The position numbers and the translations under genes are program-made. This document shows, in pieces, positions 45,367 through 57,606 of a DNA stretch of 62,089 nt. Location: positions 1-62,089 of the IMG/VR virus record IMGVR_UViG_3300032243_000799; one strand, given 5' to 3'. Each line of letters opens with the position of its first letter. Position 1 is the stretch's first letter. This stretch comes from a virus. Taxonomy: Duplodnaviria > Caudoviricetes. The notes beneath the pieces were generated by a model. That model had not been told where the DNA came from, did not search any database, and was given only the letters and a program-made list of their open reading frames with translations.

Positions 45367-46086
45367 ATGTATCGTAATAGATGGAATTATTGGAGTTGTA
45401 GTAAACTCGCAGACTCTATTAGAGGAACAGAAAAACCATTCGCTTTGGGTTTGAAGGAATGGGAAGTTTGGCATAACGAATCTAAACAAAAACACCCGTT
45501 CAGATATTATTTGGCCGAAAATGGACTGAAAACTCTACAGAATATTATTTATTTCCCTTATGATGTTTATCATACTATTGAAGTTTATATTCGTAATAGA
45601 TATATTGATAGAACTCATTTGATTAAAACAGGACTCAAACCGGGAGAATATTATGAATTTGATACCAAAATTCTTAACGGTTTGTTTAATGAACTCGTTG
45701 ATTATGTTGAGACTGAAATATCTCATACAATGAAAGTTTATCAAGACAGAAACTATCTTTTTAAGAATGGTCGCTGTAAAAGGGCCGGATTAGATCATCT
45801 TGATTGGGCTATTAACTTGACTTTTGGGTCTGATTATGGTATAAATGAGGACGATCCAGATTACAACAAACCAACTCCGCAAGCAATTTCAGCCATGATT
45901 ATTAAGGAATTGTATTTGTGGTGGACTGAAAAACGCCCCAATAGAGTTGATCCTATGAGTTTTTATGATGAAAAAGAAAGAGTAAATAGTTTTGATAAAG
46001 TTCATATGATAGAAACTCAATATCATCAAGAAGATACTGATATGTTGATTAAACTTATTACTATTCGACAGGATATTTGGTGTTAA
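45367..46086 (+). CDS. Conserved phage hypothetical protein
   Basis: 239 aa; ELYLWW...MLIKLITIR C-terminus. Confidence 0.7.
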   Translation: MYRNRWNYWSCSKLADSIRGTEKPFALGLKEWEVWHNESKQKHPFRYYLAENGLKTLQNIIYFPYDVYHTIEVYIRNRYIDRTHLIKTGLKPGEYYEFDTKILNGLFNELVDYVETEISHTMKVYQDRNYLFKNGRCKRAGLDHLDWAINLTFGSDYGINEDDPDYNKPTPQAISAMIIKELYLWWTEKRPNRVDPMSFYDEKERVNSFDKVHMIETQYHQEDTDMLIKLITIRQDIWC

Positions 46087-46090
46087 ACTT

Positions 46091-46504
46091 ATGATTAAAC
46101 ATTTTCCAGTAACAAATACTCAATACGTTATCAAACATTATTCTGAGAAGGATAATGTGCCGATCAGTTATGTTTGTACCACAGACTTCTATAAAAGTGA
46201 TCGTCCGGTAGATATTTTTTACCGATCAAATCCTCATCCAAAATTTGGTAACAAATATTTCGGAATCGCTCCTAGTTACGAAGATGATAATTATGTGATA
46301 TTTAATGCTGACAAGATTGAAAATTTCACTTTTGCTATGGTAGAAGATGACGATGGTAATTTACAATACAGTGAATATCATCATAGGTGTAAATTTTTTG
46401 ATAATGGCAACATGATTGATGGTGGGCGAGAGTATGTTCGTTCATCATTAAATCCTAAAATTTATGTGGTGCGTAATGGAGAGATGGTTAATGAAATTCA
46501 CTGA
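46091..46504 (+). CDS. Conserved phage hypothetical protein
   Basis: YSEYHH...MIDGGREY motif. Confidence 0.65.
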   Translation: MIKHFPVTNTQYVIKHYSEKDNVPISYVCTTDFYKSDRPVDIFYRSNPHPKFGNKYFGIAPSYEDDNYVIFNADKIENFTFAMVEDDDGNLQYSEYHHRCKFFDNGNMIDGGREYVRSSLNPKIYVVRNGEMVNEIH

Positions 46505-49500
46505 AACAGATATACCAGATATTAAAACTGTTTTAAATGAACAGTTCGATAGCATCCAAAAACTTAAACCTTTAATTCATCAAGGTTTACCAAATGATTT
46601 ACATTTTATATATGAAGATATACTAGATTGTAATAAAGTTATGATGGAGATAATTAATGGGCCAAGTGGAACTGTAGAGAGAATGATATGAATAAAACTT
46701 GGCAACAAAAACAAAAAGAAAGTATACAATCTGGCTATAACCGAGCCAAAGAATTAGCAAAAGAAATATGGATTGATGGAGATCATACAGGAAATCATAA
46801 TGATTTTTATTATTTTGAATGTGGATTTGTTGCAGGATTAAACTATCAAAGAAATCAAGCATTAGATAAACTGAGTGAACTTGATCAAGAATTGGGATTA
46901 CAATGAAATCATTACTTTTTTGTTTAGCGGTAATATTGTATGCCGTTGTATTTATTTTTGTGTTATTCAAAAAGGATAAACAATTATGAGAAAAATTAAT
47001 CAATTGTATATCAATAAAGATAAAACTATCGACATCAGGGTTGTATCAGAAGATAATTGGAACCATATTTCCATTTATAATGATACTATTGATAAAAGTG
47101 TGGTAGTAGAGTGTGATAATGCTCAACTAAAAGAATTGGGCGATTTCATATATAGGTGTTTGGAACATTAAGAATTTTGCAAGATGGATGTTGACACTAC
47201 CAACAACGGTATGGTATAATACGATTTGTGAGAAAAGTTTTACCAACCTTTAAGGAGTTTATGATGACACCATTTAAATTAAGTATTCTTGTCGCGGCAT
47301 TTCTAAGTTTCGCTTTAAGTACGGGATTATGGTTTAGCGGAGTTGAAAATGCAAAAGACTGTGGTTTGTTCGTAGGATTATGGGTTCCTAGTTTCCTGTC
47401 TCTAGGAAATCTGTTACTAAAAAACAGTAAAGGAGATTAACATGGAAATGTATATATTCTTTGCTGGTGTGATTATGATGTTGATTGTTAGTTCTGGTCT
47501 GGCTCTTAGTATTCTCTTTATGGGAGATCTAAATCCAGATTCTAGAAATAACCAAAGAGTAAATTATACATTGTCTGAACTTAAAGACAATAATGTTTTG
47601 AAGAAATTAGTTAATGAAGTTAAACAACACAAAGTGAAAATTGATGAACAATAGAACTATTTTTAAAGGACAATAATAAATGAGTCTAATTAAATGTTTT
47701 AGTAATGTTATTGGACATAAGGAAGCCCAAGAGATTGTTATTGATCTTAATCAGATGAAGTGTGTAGAAAGTGAAGATTTTTATATTGACTATCATAAAT
47801 CTGATATAGGAAACGATAATTATCTTATTATCGGTAATGTTATACAAGAAGATTGGGATGAACTAGATTTGGATAGTGATTTTATGACAGTAGATATTAT
47901 CTAGGAGAAAACTATGGGACAATACTTAATCACGGTTACTACTGAATACAAATATACTGTTGATGCTAATAATGAACATGAGGCTATAAGTATTTATCTT
48001 AATGATCATGATTCTTGTATTCCAACTAATCATGGGAATTTAACCATTAAGGCCGATCATATCAAGCCTGACTGAGATTTTTTAAAGATTGCTCTTGACG
48101 ATAGCCGATAAGGATGGTATACTAGCATCAACCCAATAGGAGACATTTAATGAACAATATTATTCAGAAAGATTTCTATAAAAGTGATATTTATCGTTTT
48201 GATCTTGACCAATTTATCAATGATCAATATCATTTTACAGTAAGCAATGTGATTTCTTGGGATATTATTACAACTAAGATGTCTAGGGAAGAACTCAAGG
48301 GTTTAGCCGATTTTATTTATGATACTATTAAGGAAAACAAGTCATGAACAAATTCTATAGTTTTCTAGAAAATGCAGCAAAATGGGTTGAAGGTTTTGGA
48401 TATGTTGAAACTAAAATCCCGTCTGATCCCTATCTTATTCCAGAGATGAGAATCAATAATATGTATCCATATACTTTTGAACAAACTATTAAGGTTACTC
48501 ATCATAGTAAACCCAAAAGGCGTGATGCTGCTAGAAAGTGGAATAATAACAATATCTAATTGAGTAATATTATGGATCAAACACTTCAAAATACACTATA
48601 TGAAAAATATCCCAATCTATTCTCAAATAGACTAAAATCTCCTAGAGAATCACCTATGAGTTTTGGTATAGAGTGCGGAAATGGATGGTATGAATTAATA
48701 TCATCTGTTTGTTGGAGAATATTTCAGCATGAAAAGAATATATCAGAAAGGATTCGTATCAGAACAGAAGCAGGCAAGCCCAATGACCAATCTGATCTTG
48801 ATTATATTCCAGTAAAATTTAGTCAGATAAAAGAAAAGTATGGTGGTTTAACGATCTATTATAGTGGTGGTGATGACTATGTAGATGGTGTTGTTAGTAT
48901 GGCTGGCGAATACTCATATAAAGTTTGTGAAGTTTGTGGAAACTCTGGCAAACCCAATAAGGGTGGATGGATTGTTACTCTGTGTGATAATTGCAGAAAT
49001 AAAACATGAAACCAAATCTAGAATACGATCTGTTTAAAACTGATTGGATTGTTAACAAATGTAAGAACAGTCCAACATATAGCCAGAATCTATATGCTGC
49101 ACTATGCAACAACCGTTTCATCAAAGATAATGAAGAATGGACTTGTTCATGGAGATACGCTGGTAATATACTCAGTGGATTAAATAATAAAGGCGATTAT
49201 TTAGATTACTATTGTTCTGGAATGAGAGACAATGTAAATTTTGTTGGCGAAGGTTCTGTAACGGATGAAGTTAGACTTGATTTATCTAAAATTGGATGGA
49301 GCATAGAGCATTATGAACCTAGGTTTGAGTCTGGAATTTATAGGAATGAATGGTAATTATAATGGAATGTCCTAATTGTATATCAATAGATGAATGTAAA
49401 GGAATTCACATATCCTATATAACTGATAAAGTTTACAGATCAGAATATGGATATTTTATGTTTCGTGAGGATAAAAGTGAATGGGTTTTTACTCCTCTTG

Positions 49501-51416
49501 AAAAAGATTTGGATGTTAATATTTTAATGGATCTTGCCGATATTTTAAGGAATTTCAATGAAAATTTGGAAAAAGAAAACTATAAAAGTGGTCGATGATG
49601 TTAGTTGCGATTGTTGTGGAAAAAGCACAACTATTGCTGACGACCCAGATTATGCAACCCTAGAAAGTTGTTGGGGATATGGTTCAAAGAATGATGGTAC
49701 AAAATACAGCATCGAACTTTGTGAAACCTGTTTCTTTGAGGTTCTAAACTTTATTAAAGATAAAAGACGTAGGGTTTTGGGGCCGTTTAATTATCCATAT
49801 GATAATGATCCTCTAGAGGGAATTGAATACATATGAACAATCTTACAAAAGAACAAAAGTTTATTATATTTTGGCTCTATAACAGAGTAGCCGAAAAGAT
49901 GCCATCTAATCCTATTAAGGGTGGAAACAATGATATTATAGTTGATGGAATTAATGTGACAGAAACTGTGAGAGAACTATTACAAGATAGGTTATTTGTT
50001 TAGATTTGGATTTCTCAAGAAACCACTTGACAGTGCCGATATATCCGTTATACTGTTAGTAGTCGTTGGTTCTTATATTTAAGGAGCAGATATGAAACTT
50101 GAAGTTAAGCAGAAAAATGATAAATTTGTGGTTTGTCGGGATGGTGAACTTATTCTGTTGCCTAAAACTGATGGTCATGTTATTGTGACCGAATTTACTA
50201 CTAAGCAAGATGCTGAAAGGTATATTAGTATTCTTAAAAGTTTGAAGAAGGATAAGAGATATGAATAGGTTTGATATAGAAGAACAAATATCCAAGGGAT
50301 ATAATTTCTCTCAAACTATAAAAGATGTGGGTGATGGTATTATTGATCAAAATCTATCTCAAGATGATATTGTAAATGTTCTTAACGGTTTATCAATTAT
50401 GTTAGATTTACACACATCTAAGTCTTTAGATATAATGAAACAAATTTTTAAACTTGACGAACATAGAATAGTTTGATATGATCCCTACAAAATCTTTTGA
50501 AGAATTTCTTGAACTAGTAGATAAAACCTACGACGATCATTCGTTTGAATTTCGATATGGTCAAACGGTTATGAATGTTTTGAGCGAAATTTGGCCGTAT
50601 AAGTATAGAGAACTCATAGTAGAGTATTATGACTGCTTCTATGATGACGGCATGGTTAAAATAACTTTAGATAAACTCAAAAAAGAATGGCTGAAATCTC
50701 AATAAAACTGAATCAGAATATTCAATGTGATTTGTTGTGTCACAAAATATCTTCTTTGATACAGCAAAATAGAATCACTCCTAATAGTTTATTGATAATA
50801 TCTATTAGAGAGATAGTGGACAGTGATCAAAATCTTTTGCCCAAAATAGAATTCAAAAATGAAGCATAAAATTAAACTTAAATATGATCCAGTAAATGCT
50901 AATCGTGTTAAAGAGATTAGAGAAACCCACAAAGATCAACCTGTTCTAGATTATATTCGTGAACTTTGGTTCCTTATAGAATATCAAAGAAATCTCATAG
51001 CAGAACAAACAGCCCAAATAGTCGCTCTCAAACATCAAGAGGGGTGGAAAAGATACGATAAACCCATAGAGAACTATGATCCCATTACAAGAAAATATGT
51101 TGACAAAACACCAAAATCTGGTAATATAAACTGACAGGGGTAACTTATGCTTTGGTCACTAGTAAAAAGTTGGGCAAAATCTCAGGGGTATCAAACCATT
51201 AAAGACAAAGGTGATGAGGATAAGGGTGAAAAGGTTCAGTATTATTGGTCTAAAATAGATGGCGATACTGATGCTTGTGGAGTTGAACCTAGTGTGAGCA
51301 AGTTAGCGACTGCCATATTTAACCATATTACAAACAACCAATGGGTTGATCACCAAATTCAATTCAAAGCGAACAAAGAAGAAACTAAATTTAGTATAGA
51401 CAATTATGGCTCTTAA
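46464..51416 (+). other. Dense run of about 20 small hypothetical genes, including two membrane proteins (47261-47440, 47442-47654) and zinc-finger proteins (48572-49009, 49558-49836)
   Basis: Abutting + strand ORFs with SD motifs and internal sigma70 promoters (47192, 48094, 50027). Confidence 0.6.
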
Positions 51417-51906
51417 AAATTTATATATTGATAGAGAATGGGAAACTAAAGCAATAGATAAAATCTGTGAATACATCAGGGATGATGGTTTATTTGATTT
51501 TGAACTAGATAAGATAGCGATCTTGCAGTTAAGTTATGAATATTCTGGCCTAATGGCTCAATTAATGTCTCATAAACTATCTGTTAAGGATGAACCTATT
51601 GATATAGAACCAGTAAATATTCCCTACAAAAATGAGTTTGAGCCAATTATTCATCCAGATCAACTAGACCCATATACTAAACTGATTGTTATAGATAGTG
51701 GTTGTTTAAGTGGTAATAATTTTAAAAGAATAGAGAAAAAACTATCTGATTATGGTTTTATAAAAAGAAGAGATACTTTTTTTACTTGTGTAGCCTGTGA
51801 TCTAAATAGTGTTTTCAAACCGGATTTTTGTCCTATATATTTTAATGGTGATGAACACATGGTATCGTTTTGGTGGGAAACAAAAACAAATAAGTTTGAA
51901 AAATGA
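51406..51906 (+). CDS. Degenerate phosphoribosyltransferase-like protein
   Basis: LIVIDSGCLSGNN loop; KPDF...FWWE C-terminus. Confidence 0.5.
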   Translation: MALKNLYIDREWETKAIDKICEYIRDDGLFDFELDKIAILQLSYEYSGLMAQLMSHKLSVKDEPIDIEPVNIPYKNEFEPIIHPDQLDPYTKLIVIDSGCLSGNNFKRIEKKLSDYGFIKRRDTFFTCVACDLNSVFKPDFCPIYFNGDEHMVSFWWETKTNKFEK

Positions 51907-52142
51907 ATTACGTTAAATTTATTTCAAAACCAGATGAATGGTTTGATGCTGGTACAGAAGTTTTTGACGCAACCATATGTGACTGGGGAAGAACCACAAA
52001 AAGAATATCTAAAGAAAATTATGAAAAGGTTTGGTTAAAAGCAGGTCATATATTGGGGCGAGGTTTAAAAAATGGCTTTTGGGATGAGGAACTTTGTCCA
52101 CTAGAAGAATTTGAAATATCATATACCGAGCGTGAAATATGA
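51903..52142 (+). CDS. Hypothetical protein
   Basis: WFDAGTE...DEELCPLEEF. Confidence 0.6.
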   Translation: MNYVKFISKPDEWFDAGTEVFDATICDWGRTTKRISKENYEKVWLKAGHILGRGLKNGFWDEELCPLEEFEISYTEREI

Positions 52143-52672
52143 TTACTAAGAGAAACGAAATTGGCAAATTGATGACGCAGCACAAGTATGGATACGCCGC
52201 AGAAGTTGGTGTTCAGAACGGTGTTTTTTCTAGACAAATATTAGAAACATGGGATGGTCATTTAACTTTAATAGATGCTTGGCAAAAGTTAGATAACTAT
52301 ATTGATATAGCAAATGTTGAGGATTTTCATCAAGAAATAGCATATTCTAATACTAGAATAAACACATCAGAATTTTCTGATAGAGTAAAAATAATCAAAG
52401 GAATTTCTCCAGAAATATCTGATATATTTTCTGATTGTTCTTTTGATTTAGTTTATTTGGACGCTAATCATTCATACGATGCTGTTATTTCTGACATAAA
52501 GTCTTGGATAAACAAAGTTAAAACTAATGGGTGTATTTGTGGACATGACTATTTGGACGGTAATGTTCCAGAAGGAAATTTTGGAGTTAAGAGTGCCGTA
52601 ATAGACTTTTTTGGAAAATCTCCAGATATTGTAACCAATGAAGATTGGCCTTCTTGGTTTGTTTTTCTATAG
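52139..52672 (+). CDS. Class I SAM methyltransferase (Methyltransf_24-like)
   Basis: AEVGVQNG, IDAW, DLVYLDANHSY, GHDY, GVKSAV. Confidence 0.85.
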   Translation: MITKRNEIGKLMTQHKYGYAAEVGVQNGVFSRQILETWDGHLTLIDAWQKLDNYIDIANVEDFHQEIAYSNTRINTSEFSDRVKIIKGISPEISDIFSDCSFDLVYLDANHSYDAVISDIKSWINKVKTNGCICGHDYLDGNVPEGNFGVKSAVIDFFGKSPDIVTNEDWPSWFVFL

Positions 52673-52681
52673 GAACATAAT

Positions 52682-53320
52682 ATGCAAACAAAACTAGTTT
52701 CTGTAACTCCAGATGCCGAAAAAATTATGGCCTATTGTGCCAAAGTATCAAACCCAAAAGGACAAGATAACGATAATTATGCTAAACTTTTAAAGTATTG
52801 TATAGATCACCAACATTGGTCGATTTTTGAAATGGCTTTTCTTACTTTACAAGTAGATACCAATAGAGGAATTGCTGCCCAAATTTTAAGACATAGATCG
52901 TTCACTTTCCAAGAGTTTTCACAGAGATATGCTGATACTACATTATTGGCAGAAGATATTCCTCTTTTTGAATTACGCCGTCAAGATAATAAGAATCGTC
53001 AAAATAGTATTAATGATATCGAAGATGAAATCAAGGTTAAGTGGAATTCTAAGATCAGAGAACATTTTGCTAAAGCAAAGAGTATCTATGACGGTATGAT
53101 AGCAGATGGTGTTGCTAAAGAGTGTGCTAGATTTATATTACCACTAGCAACTCCTACCAGAATTTATATGAGTGGCTCAGTTAGGTCATGGATTCATTAT
53201 ATCAATCTACGTTCCTCTCATGGTACTCAAAAAGAACATATGATGATCGCTAATGACTGTAAAGAAATTTTTATAACACAATTCCCTACTATTAGTGAAG
53301 CACTAGGATGGAGTAATTAA
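52682..53320 (+). CDS. thyX: FAD-dependent thymidylate synthase
   Basis: HWSIFE, QILRHRSFTFQEFSQRY, AKECARFILP, TQKEH. Confidence 0.95.
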   Translation: MQTKLVSVTPDAEKIMAYCAKVSNPKGQDNDNYAKLLKYCIDHQHWSIFEMAFLTLQVDTNRGIAAQILRHRSFTFQEFSQRYADTTLLAEDIPLFELRRQDNKNRQNSINDIEDEIKVKWNSKIREHFAKAKSIYDGMIADGVAKECARFILPLATPTRIYMSGSVRSWIHYINLRSSHGTQKEHMMIANDCKEIFITQFPTISEALGWSN

Positions 53321-53967
53321 TGAACAAAAAAGAATTTTTAACCAAAGTTGTAGCAGAACTGCTAGACGATGATTTTGCCATATTACTACACAGAAAAGAC
53401 AATATAGATGGATATGGCGGCTGGTTTGGTGCAGAAGATGGTGAACGAGAGTTTGTAGTTGCACTAAACAATAGTATGGGTTTTGAAACTGCCTTACATG
53501 AATATTGTCATTATCTTCAGTGGAAAAATAACCGGGTTTTGTGGGAGAAATCCGCATTAACATATGATATATTATTTGAGTGGGTAGATAAACCAGTTTT
53601 AGATTATACTGAAGATGAACTAGATCAGAGTTTACATGATATTCTTGAATTGGAACATGATTGCGAAAAATTAGCATTAAATATACTGAAAACAGAAAAT
53701 ATTTCTGATATTAATGTTGATACTTATATTAAAGCTGTTAATGCTTATCTTTGGCATTACCATATAAATAGAGAGAAAAGGATTAGGCCAAAGAAACCCA
53801 TATATACTGAAAATATTATCTCTCATATGTCTCCAGTTTTTATACTTGATCTTAACTATTATTTGGATAGAGATAATTTATCTGACTCAATGAGACACGC
53901 TCTTATGAGTGGGTATATTGATGAGAATTTGGAAAAAACTCAAGATGGTGTTGCATTTGGTCGATGA
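53320..53967 (+). CDS. HEXXH metallopeptidase-like protein
   Basis: LHEYCHYLQ...LEHDCE. Confidence 0.6.
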   Translation: MNKKEFLTKVVAELLDDDFAILLHRKDNIDGYGGWFGAEDGEREFVVALNNSMGFETALHEYCHYLQWKNNRVLWEKSALTYDILFEWVDKPVLDYTEDELDQSLHDILELEHDCEKLALNILKTENISDINVDTYIKAVNAYLWHYHINREKRIRPKKPIYTENIISHMSPVFILDLNYYLDRDNLSDSMRHALMSGYIDENLEKTQDGVAFGR

Positions 53968-53997
53968 GTGTGATATACTTTGCTCATCGGAGGAATT

Positions 53998-54906
53998 ATG
54001 AATTACGGACTTTGTTGTATATCTCTCAATCTTAAAGAGCAAGGTTTTGGTCATCAGACCATGACCTATAAAAGATTCAGTTCTCTACCAAGAGAAGAAG
54101 CGTTGTCTATTCTTGGTGAACGAATCAATAATAATCTTTTGACTACCAATGAAACAATCAAATTTTGCAGTAATCGTGGCTATGCTTATAGAGTTAGTAG
54201 CGATATATTTCCTCTCATTACTTATGACGAGGCTAATGTGTCTCTAGAGGATTTGCCTAATTATGATATTGTTCAAGATTCTTTTGATTTGGTGGCACAA
54301 ACTATTGCCGATACAAATGTTCGGGTTTCTGCTCATCCTAGTGAATTTAATAGCCTCTCCAGTCTCTCAGATAAAGTTGTTGAAAAAACCATCACAGAAC
54401 TCAATTTCTACAGCAGTTTCTTCGATAGAATCGGCTGTCCAGCAGATCATAGATCACCTATGAATCTTCATGTTCATAATAATAATGGAACCAGAGAAGA
54501 AATTGCTCATAGATTTTATTCAAACTTTAAGCGTCTTGATGAAAATTGTCAGAAACGTCTCACCATAGAAAATGACGATAAACTTAATTGCTGGAGTGTA
54601 AAAGAATTGGTTGATATTTTTCATCCAATTACTCGTATTCCAATTTGCTTCGACTATCTCCATCACAAATGCCACCCAAATAATCTTACAGAATGTGAGG
54701 CTATTAATATGTGTTGGGATACTTGGCAAACCAAACCTCTATTTCATTACAGCGAAAGTCGAGAAGGTAATAATCCAAGGGCTCATGCAGATTACGCTTA
54801 TAATAAGTTTGAGACTTATGGGCTGGACTTTGATGTAGACATGGAGTTGAAATCTAAAGACTATGCCATTGAAAAATATGAGTCCCTCTTTCTCTGTGAA
54901 AAATAA
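53998..54906 (+). CDS. uvsE: UV-damage endonuclease UvsE
   Basis: GLCCIS, YRVSSDIFP, SAHP, LTIENDDK, FDYLHH, FHYSES, RAHADY, ELKSKD. Confidence 0.92.
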   Translation: MNYGLCCISLNLKEQGFGHQTMTYKRFSSLPREEALSILGERINNNLLTTNETIKFCSNRGYAYRVSSDIFPLITYDEANVSLEDLPNYDIVQDSFDLVAQTIADTNVRVSAHPSEFNSLSSLSDKVVEKTITELNFYSSFFDRIGCPADHRSPMNLHVHNNNGTREEIAHRFYSNFKRLDENCQKRLTIENDDKLNCWSVKELVDIFHPITRIPICFDYLHHKCHPNNLTECEAINMCWDTWQTKPLFHYSESREGNNPRAHADYAYNKFETYGLDFDVDMELKSKDYAIEKYESLFLCEK

Positions 54907-55065
54907 AGGAACATAATATGAGTGGATGGCTAATAGCATTAACAGGATGTGTATATTCTTGGGTTGCTTTAGAACAATATATGAAAGGTAATTTTGGGCT
55001 GGGTATAGCATATACTGGATACGCATTTGCTAATGTTGGATTATATCTGATTGCTACTAAATAAA

Positions 55066-55524
55066 ATGAAGATTATCACAAAAACAATTCGCAAAGCATA
55101 TAGCAATTGGAATCCTAGTCCACTAATTAGATGTTATCATTATTCTGCCGCATTTGATGGCAATAAACTAATTTGTTTCACCAAAAACAACCCGATTAAA
55201 ACACACACAATGGCTCATCGTATGGGTGAGCAATTTAATATTCCCAAATATAAAGAGTTTTCCTATCCTCATGCTGAATCTCATCTTATTTCTAAATTGT
55301 TGGATCGCTATAATACCATTAGTTCTAATTGGACAATATGTGTTATGCGTATTAATCGAAGAGGATTGATTTTGGGCAGTAAACCCTGTGTTAATTGTCA
55401 GAAATTACTTAATGCTGTAGGTTTAACTGACGTATATTATAGTCTTGATGATGGCAATTTTAGTGACAACGCAGGAAATCTTTTTAAAGTCTCTGGCTTG
55501 ACTGTGCCGATGGCTACGGTATAA
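55066..55524 (+). CDS. Cytidine/deoxycytidylate deaminase-fold protein
   Basis: HAE...SKPCVNC zinc motif. Confidence 0.75.
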   Translation: MKIITKTIRKAYSNWNPSPLIRCYHYSAAFDGNKLICFTKNNPIKTHTMAHRMGEQFNIPKYKEFSYPHAESHLISKLLDRYNTISSNWTICVMRINRRGLILGSKPCVNCQKLLNAVGLTDVYYSLDDGNFSDNAGNLFKVSGLTVPMATV

Positions 55525-55544
55525 TTCTTTAAACGGAGGCAACC

Positions 55545-55763
55545 ATGAACTGTATTTACTGTAAAAATTGTGTTGGTGTTGATAGATATGAGTTTTTAAT
55601 TGAAACTGGACGCAATATTATTTGTGTAGAATGCTCTAGAGAAAATAAAGCGGTAGGGTTTATGAATTATTCCCATAAAACCGCACCAGACTTGGTTGTT
55701 TGTCCCGCCAACGCTAAAGAAAGCCTGCGTATTTTACACAGAGCAAATCGTCGCGCTAGATAA
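55545..55763 (+). CDS. C4 zinc-finger protein (DksA/TraR-like)
   Basis: CIYC...DR...CVEC; own promoter, GGAGG SD. Confidence 0.55.
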   Translation: MNCIYCKNCVGVDRYEFLIETGRNIICVECSRENKAVGFMNYSHKTAPDLVVCPANAKESLRILHRANRRAR

Positions 55764-56388
55764 TTTTATCTGATTTTCTTATGTTGTCTTTAGCCCATAG
55801 TGGTTGTAGATTTGTAAAGTGAAAACAAAGTTTTTGTTCAGACTCTAAACTTAAATCAAAACTAGCACATGGCATAATATGATCTATATGCCACTCGCCA
55901 TAATTTTTCCAACTCATACCTTTTGTAAACTGTTTTTCTAAATGAATTTTTAATTCTTCTATAGAACATCCAAGCAAATCTAATGATGTAGAATATTTTG
56001 AATTACGTTTAATGGCTTTAGTTATACGCCCCCTAAGTAATCTGACTAATCTGTAGTTTAAATCCTCATAATATTTTTTATTAGCATACAATCTATTTTT
56101 AATTTTTAAACTATCTTTATGTTTTTGTTTATATTTCCTAGCACGTTCTTTTGATTTTTCATGATTATTATAGTATGATTTTAAACGACTTTTACGAACA
56201 CTTTCTATATTATTATTTTTCCATTTATCATGAATTTTTTTGTCTTGTTTGGGGTTGTTTTGTCTCCATTCTCTATTTACAATAGTATAACAACTACGAC
56301 AATAAACACACTTGCTGTCTTTTTTAGCCTTATTATTACTGAAATCGCTCAGATCTTTTTCGATCTTACATTTAACGCACGTTTTCAT
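55756..56388 (-). CDS. HNH endonuclease, antisense insertion
   Basis: LGCSIEELKIHLE...WHIDHIMP...CFHFTNLQPLWAKDNIRK; AAGGAG SD before ATG 56388. Confidence 0.85.
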   Translation of the reverse strand: MKTCVKCKIEKDLSDFSNNKAKKDSKCVYCRSCYTIVNREWRQNNPKQDKKIHDKWKNNNIESVRKSRLKSYYNNHEKSKERARKYKQKHKDSLKIKNRLYANKKYYEDLNYRLVRLLRGRITKAIKRNSKYSTSLDLLGCSIEELKIHLEKQFTKGMSWKNYGEWHIDHIMPCASFDLSLESEQKLCFHFTNLQPLWAKDNIRKSDKII

Positions 56389-56472
56389 ACCACTCCTTGA
56401 CTTTACGAGACTATCGGATATAATCAACATACACCGATTGGATACAGAAAACAAATATTTTAGGACGCAAAT

Positions 56473-57141
56473 ATGATTAAAACCAAACTATTCGATATTG
56501 CTGTCAAAAACTCCGATCAGATTAATGAATGGTTAGAACAAAATCCAGATATAGCAATACTATCAACTAATTCGTTTTCTAATAATACTGGTTGGGGCTA
56601 TATCGTTCTCTATGACGATATGAAACCTCAAGATACAATATTTCCTCTTAAAGAAGGTGAAGTTAGATATGAATAAATTAACATGGCTTGATTTGTACAA
56701 TTTCCTGTATGAAAGAGCCAACAACGTAAATGCTGTTGGAACATTTAATTGGAATGAGCCGGTATTGGTGCATGATGCTAATACGGGTGATGAATTTCCT
56801 TGTGACACTTATTACATAAGCGATAATCGTGGCGAAAATCGTATTGTTTTGATCACAAATATCGAAAAGATTTTTCAGGAGAATTCTTAATGGATTTTGA
56901 AATTGAAAGCCTTTTATTTAAGCAAGTAGATAAACCCAAGAATCTTTTGATGACTAAAATTATTAATCTTTGGGAAAATAGATACCGTATTAATGTGTAT
57001 ATAGAAATTGAAGAAGATAATCTAATTAAACGACGTATTCACGGTAGTTATTTTTGCCACTATAGTCCCGGTAAACTTAAAATTATCCCAGATTCAGATA
57101 AAATTGGCGATTCTGAAAAATCCCTAAAGACTAGCCCTTGA
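56473..57141 (+). other. Three small hypothetical genes (56473-56676, about 56669-56890, 56890-57141)
   Basis: Coupled ORFs. Confidence 0.6.
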
Positions 57142-57198
57142 CAGTGACGATAAGTGTGTTATGCTTAGGGTGTAACGACAACCACAAAGGAGAACCAG

Positions 57199-57606
57199 AT
57201 GCCCAAGGGTAAGAAAACTTGCGATAATTGCGGAACAATGACCGGCCCGCGTGCTTTTATGTGTCCCAAATGCAACACCCCATTTGTTTTTAAAGCAAAA
57301 AGCAAAGAGACTAAAAACACAAAGATTATTAAGGACTATAACTGGAAGGAACTGGTTAAGGGTGATCGCATTAAAGTTTCATCTGGCCCGTATTATGTTT
57401 CTAAGGGCGAGTTTATTCCTATGGGATATAGGGGTCGATTTGTTGTTGAAGGTCTTGACGGCAATGGTATTCTTGCTTATGGTATTGATAAGTGTCAGGG
57501 ATTCTGTCATATTTATATGGGTGGAGATATTCAGAATAAGGAAACTGGTGTTTGGAAAACTAAGCACAAACTCTTGAAACTCAAACAGAAAGAAAACTCT
57601 GTATGA
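57199..57606 (+). CDS. Zinc-ribbon protein
   Basis: KTCDNCG...GPRAFMCPKC; promoter at 57138, AAGGAG SD. Confidence 0.7.
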   Translation: MPKGKKTCDNCGTMTGPRAFMCPKCNTPFVFKAKSKETKNTKIIKDYNWKELVKGDRIKVSSGPYYVSKGEFIPMGYRGRFVVEGLDGNGILAYGIDKCQGFCHIYMGGDIQNKETGVWKTKHKLLKLKQKENSV

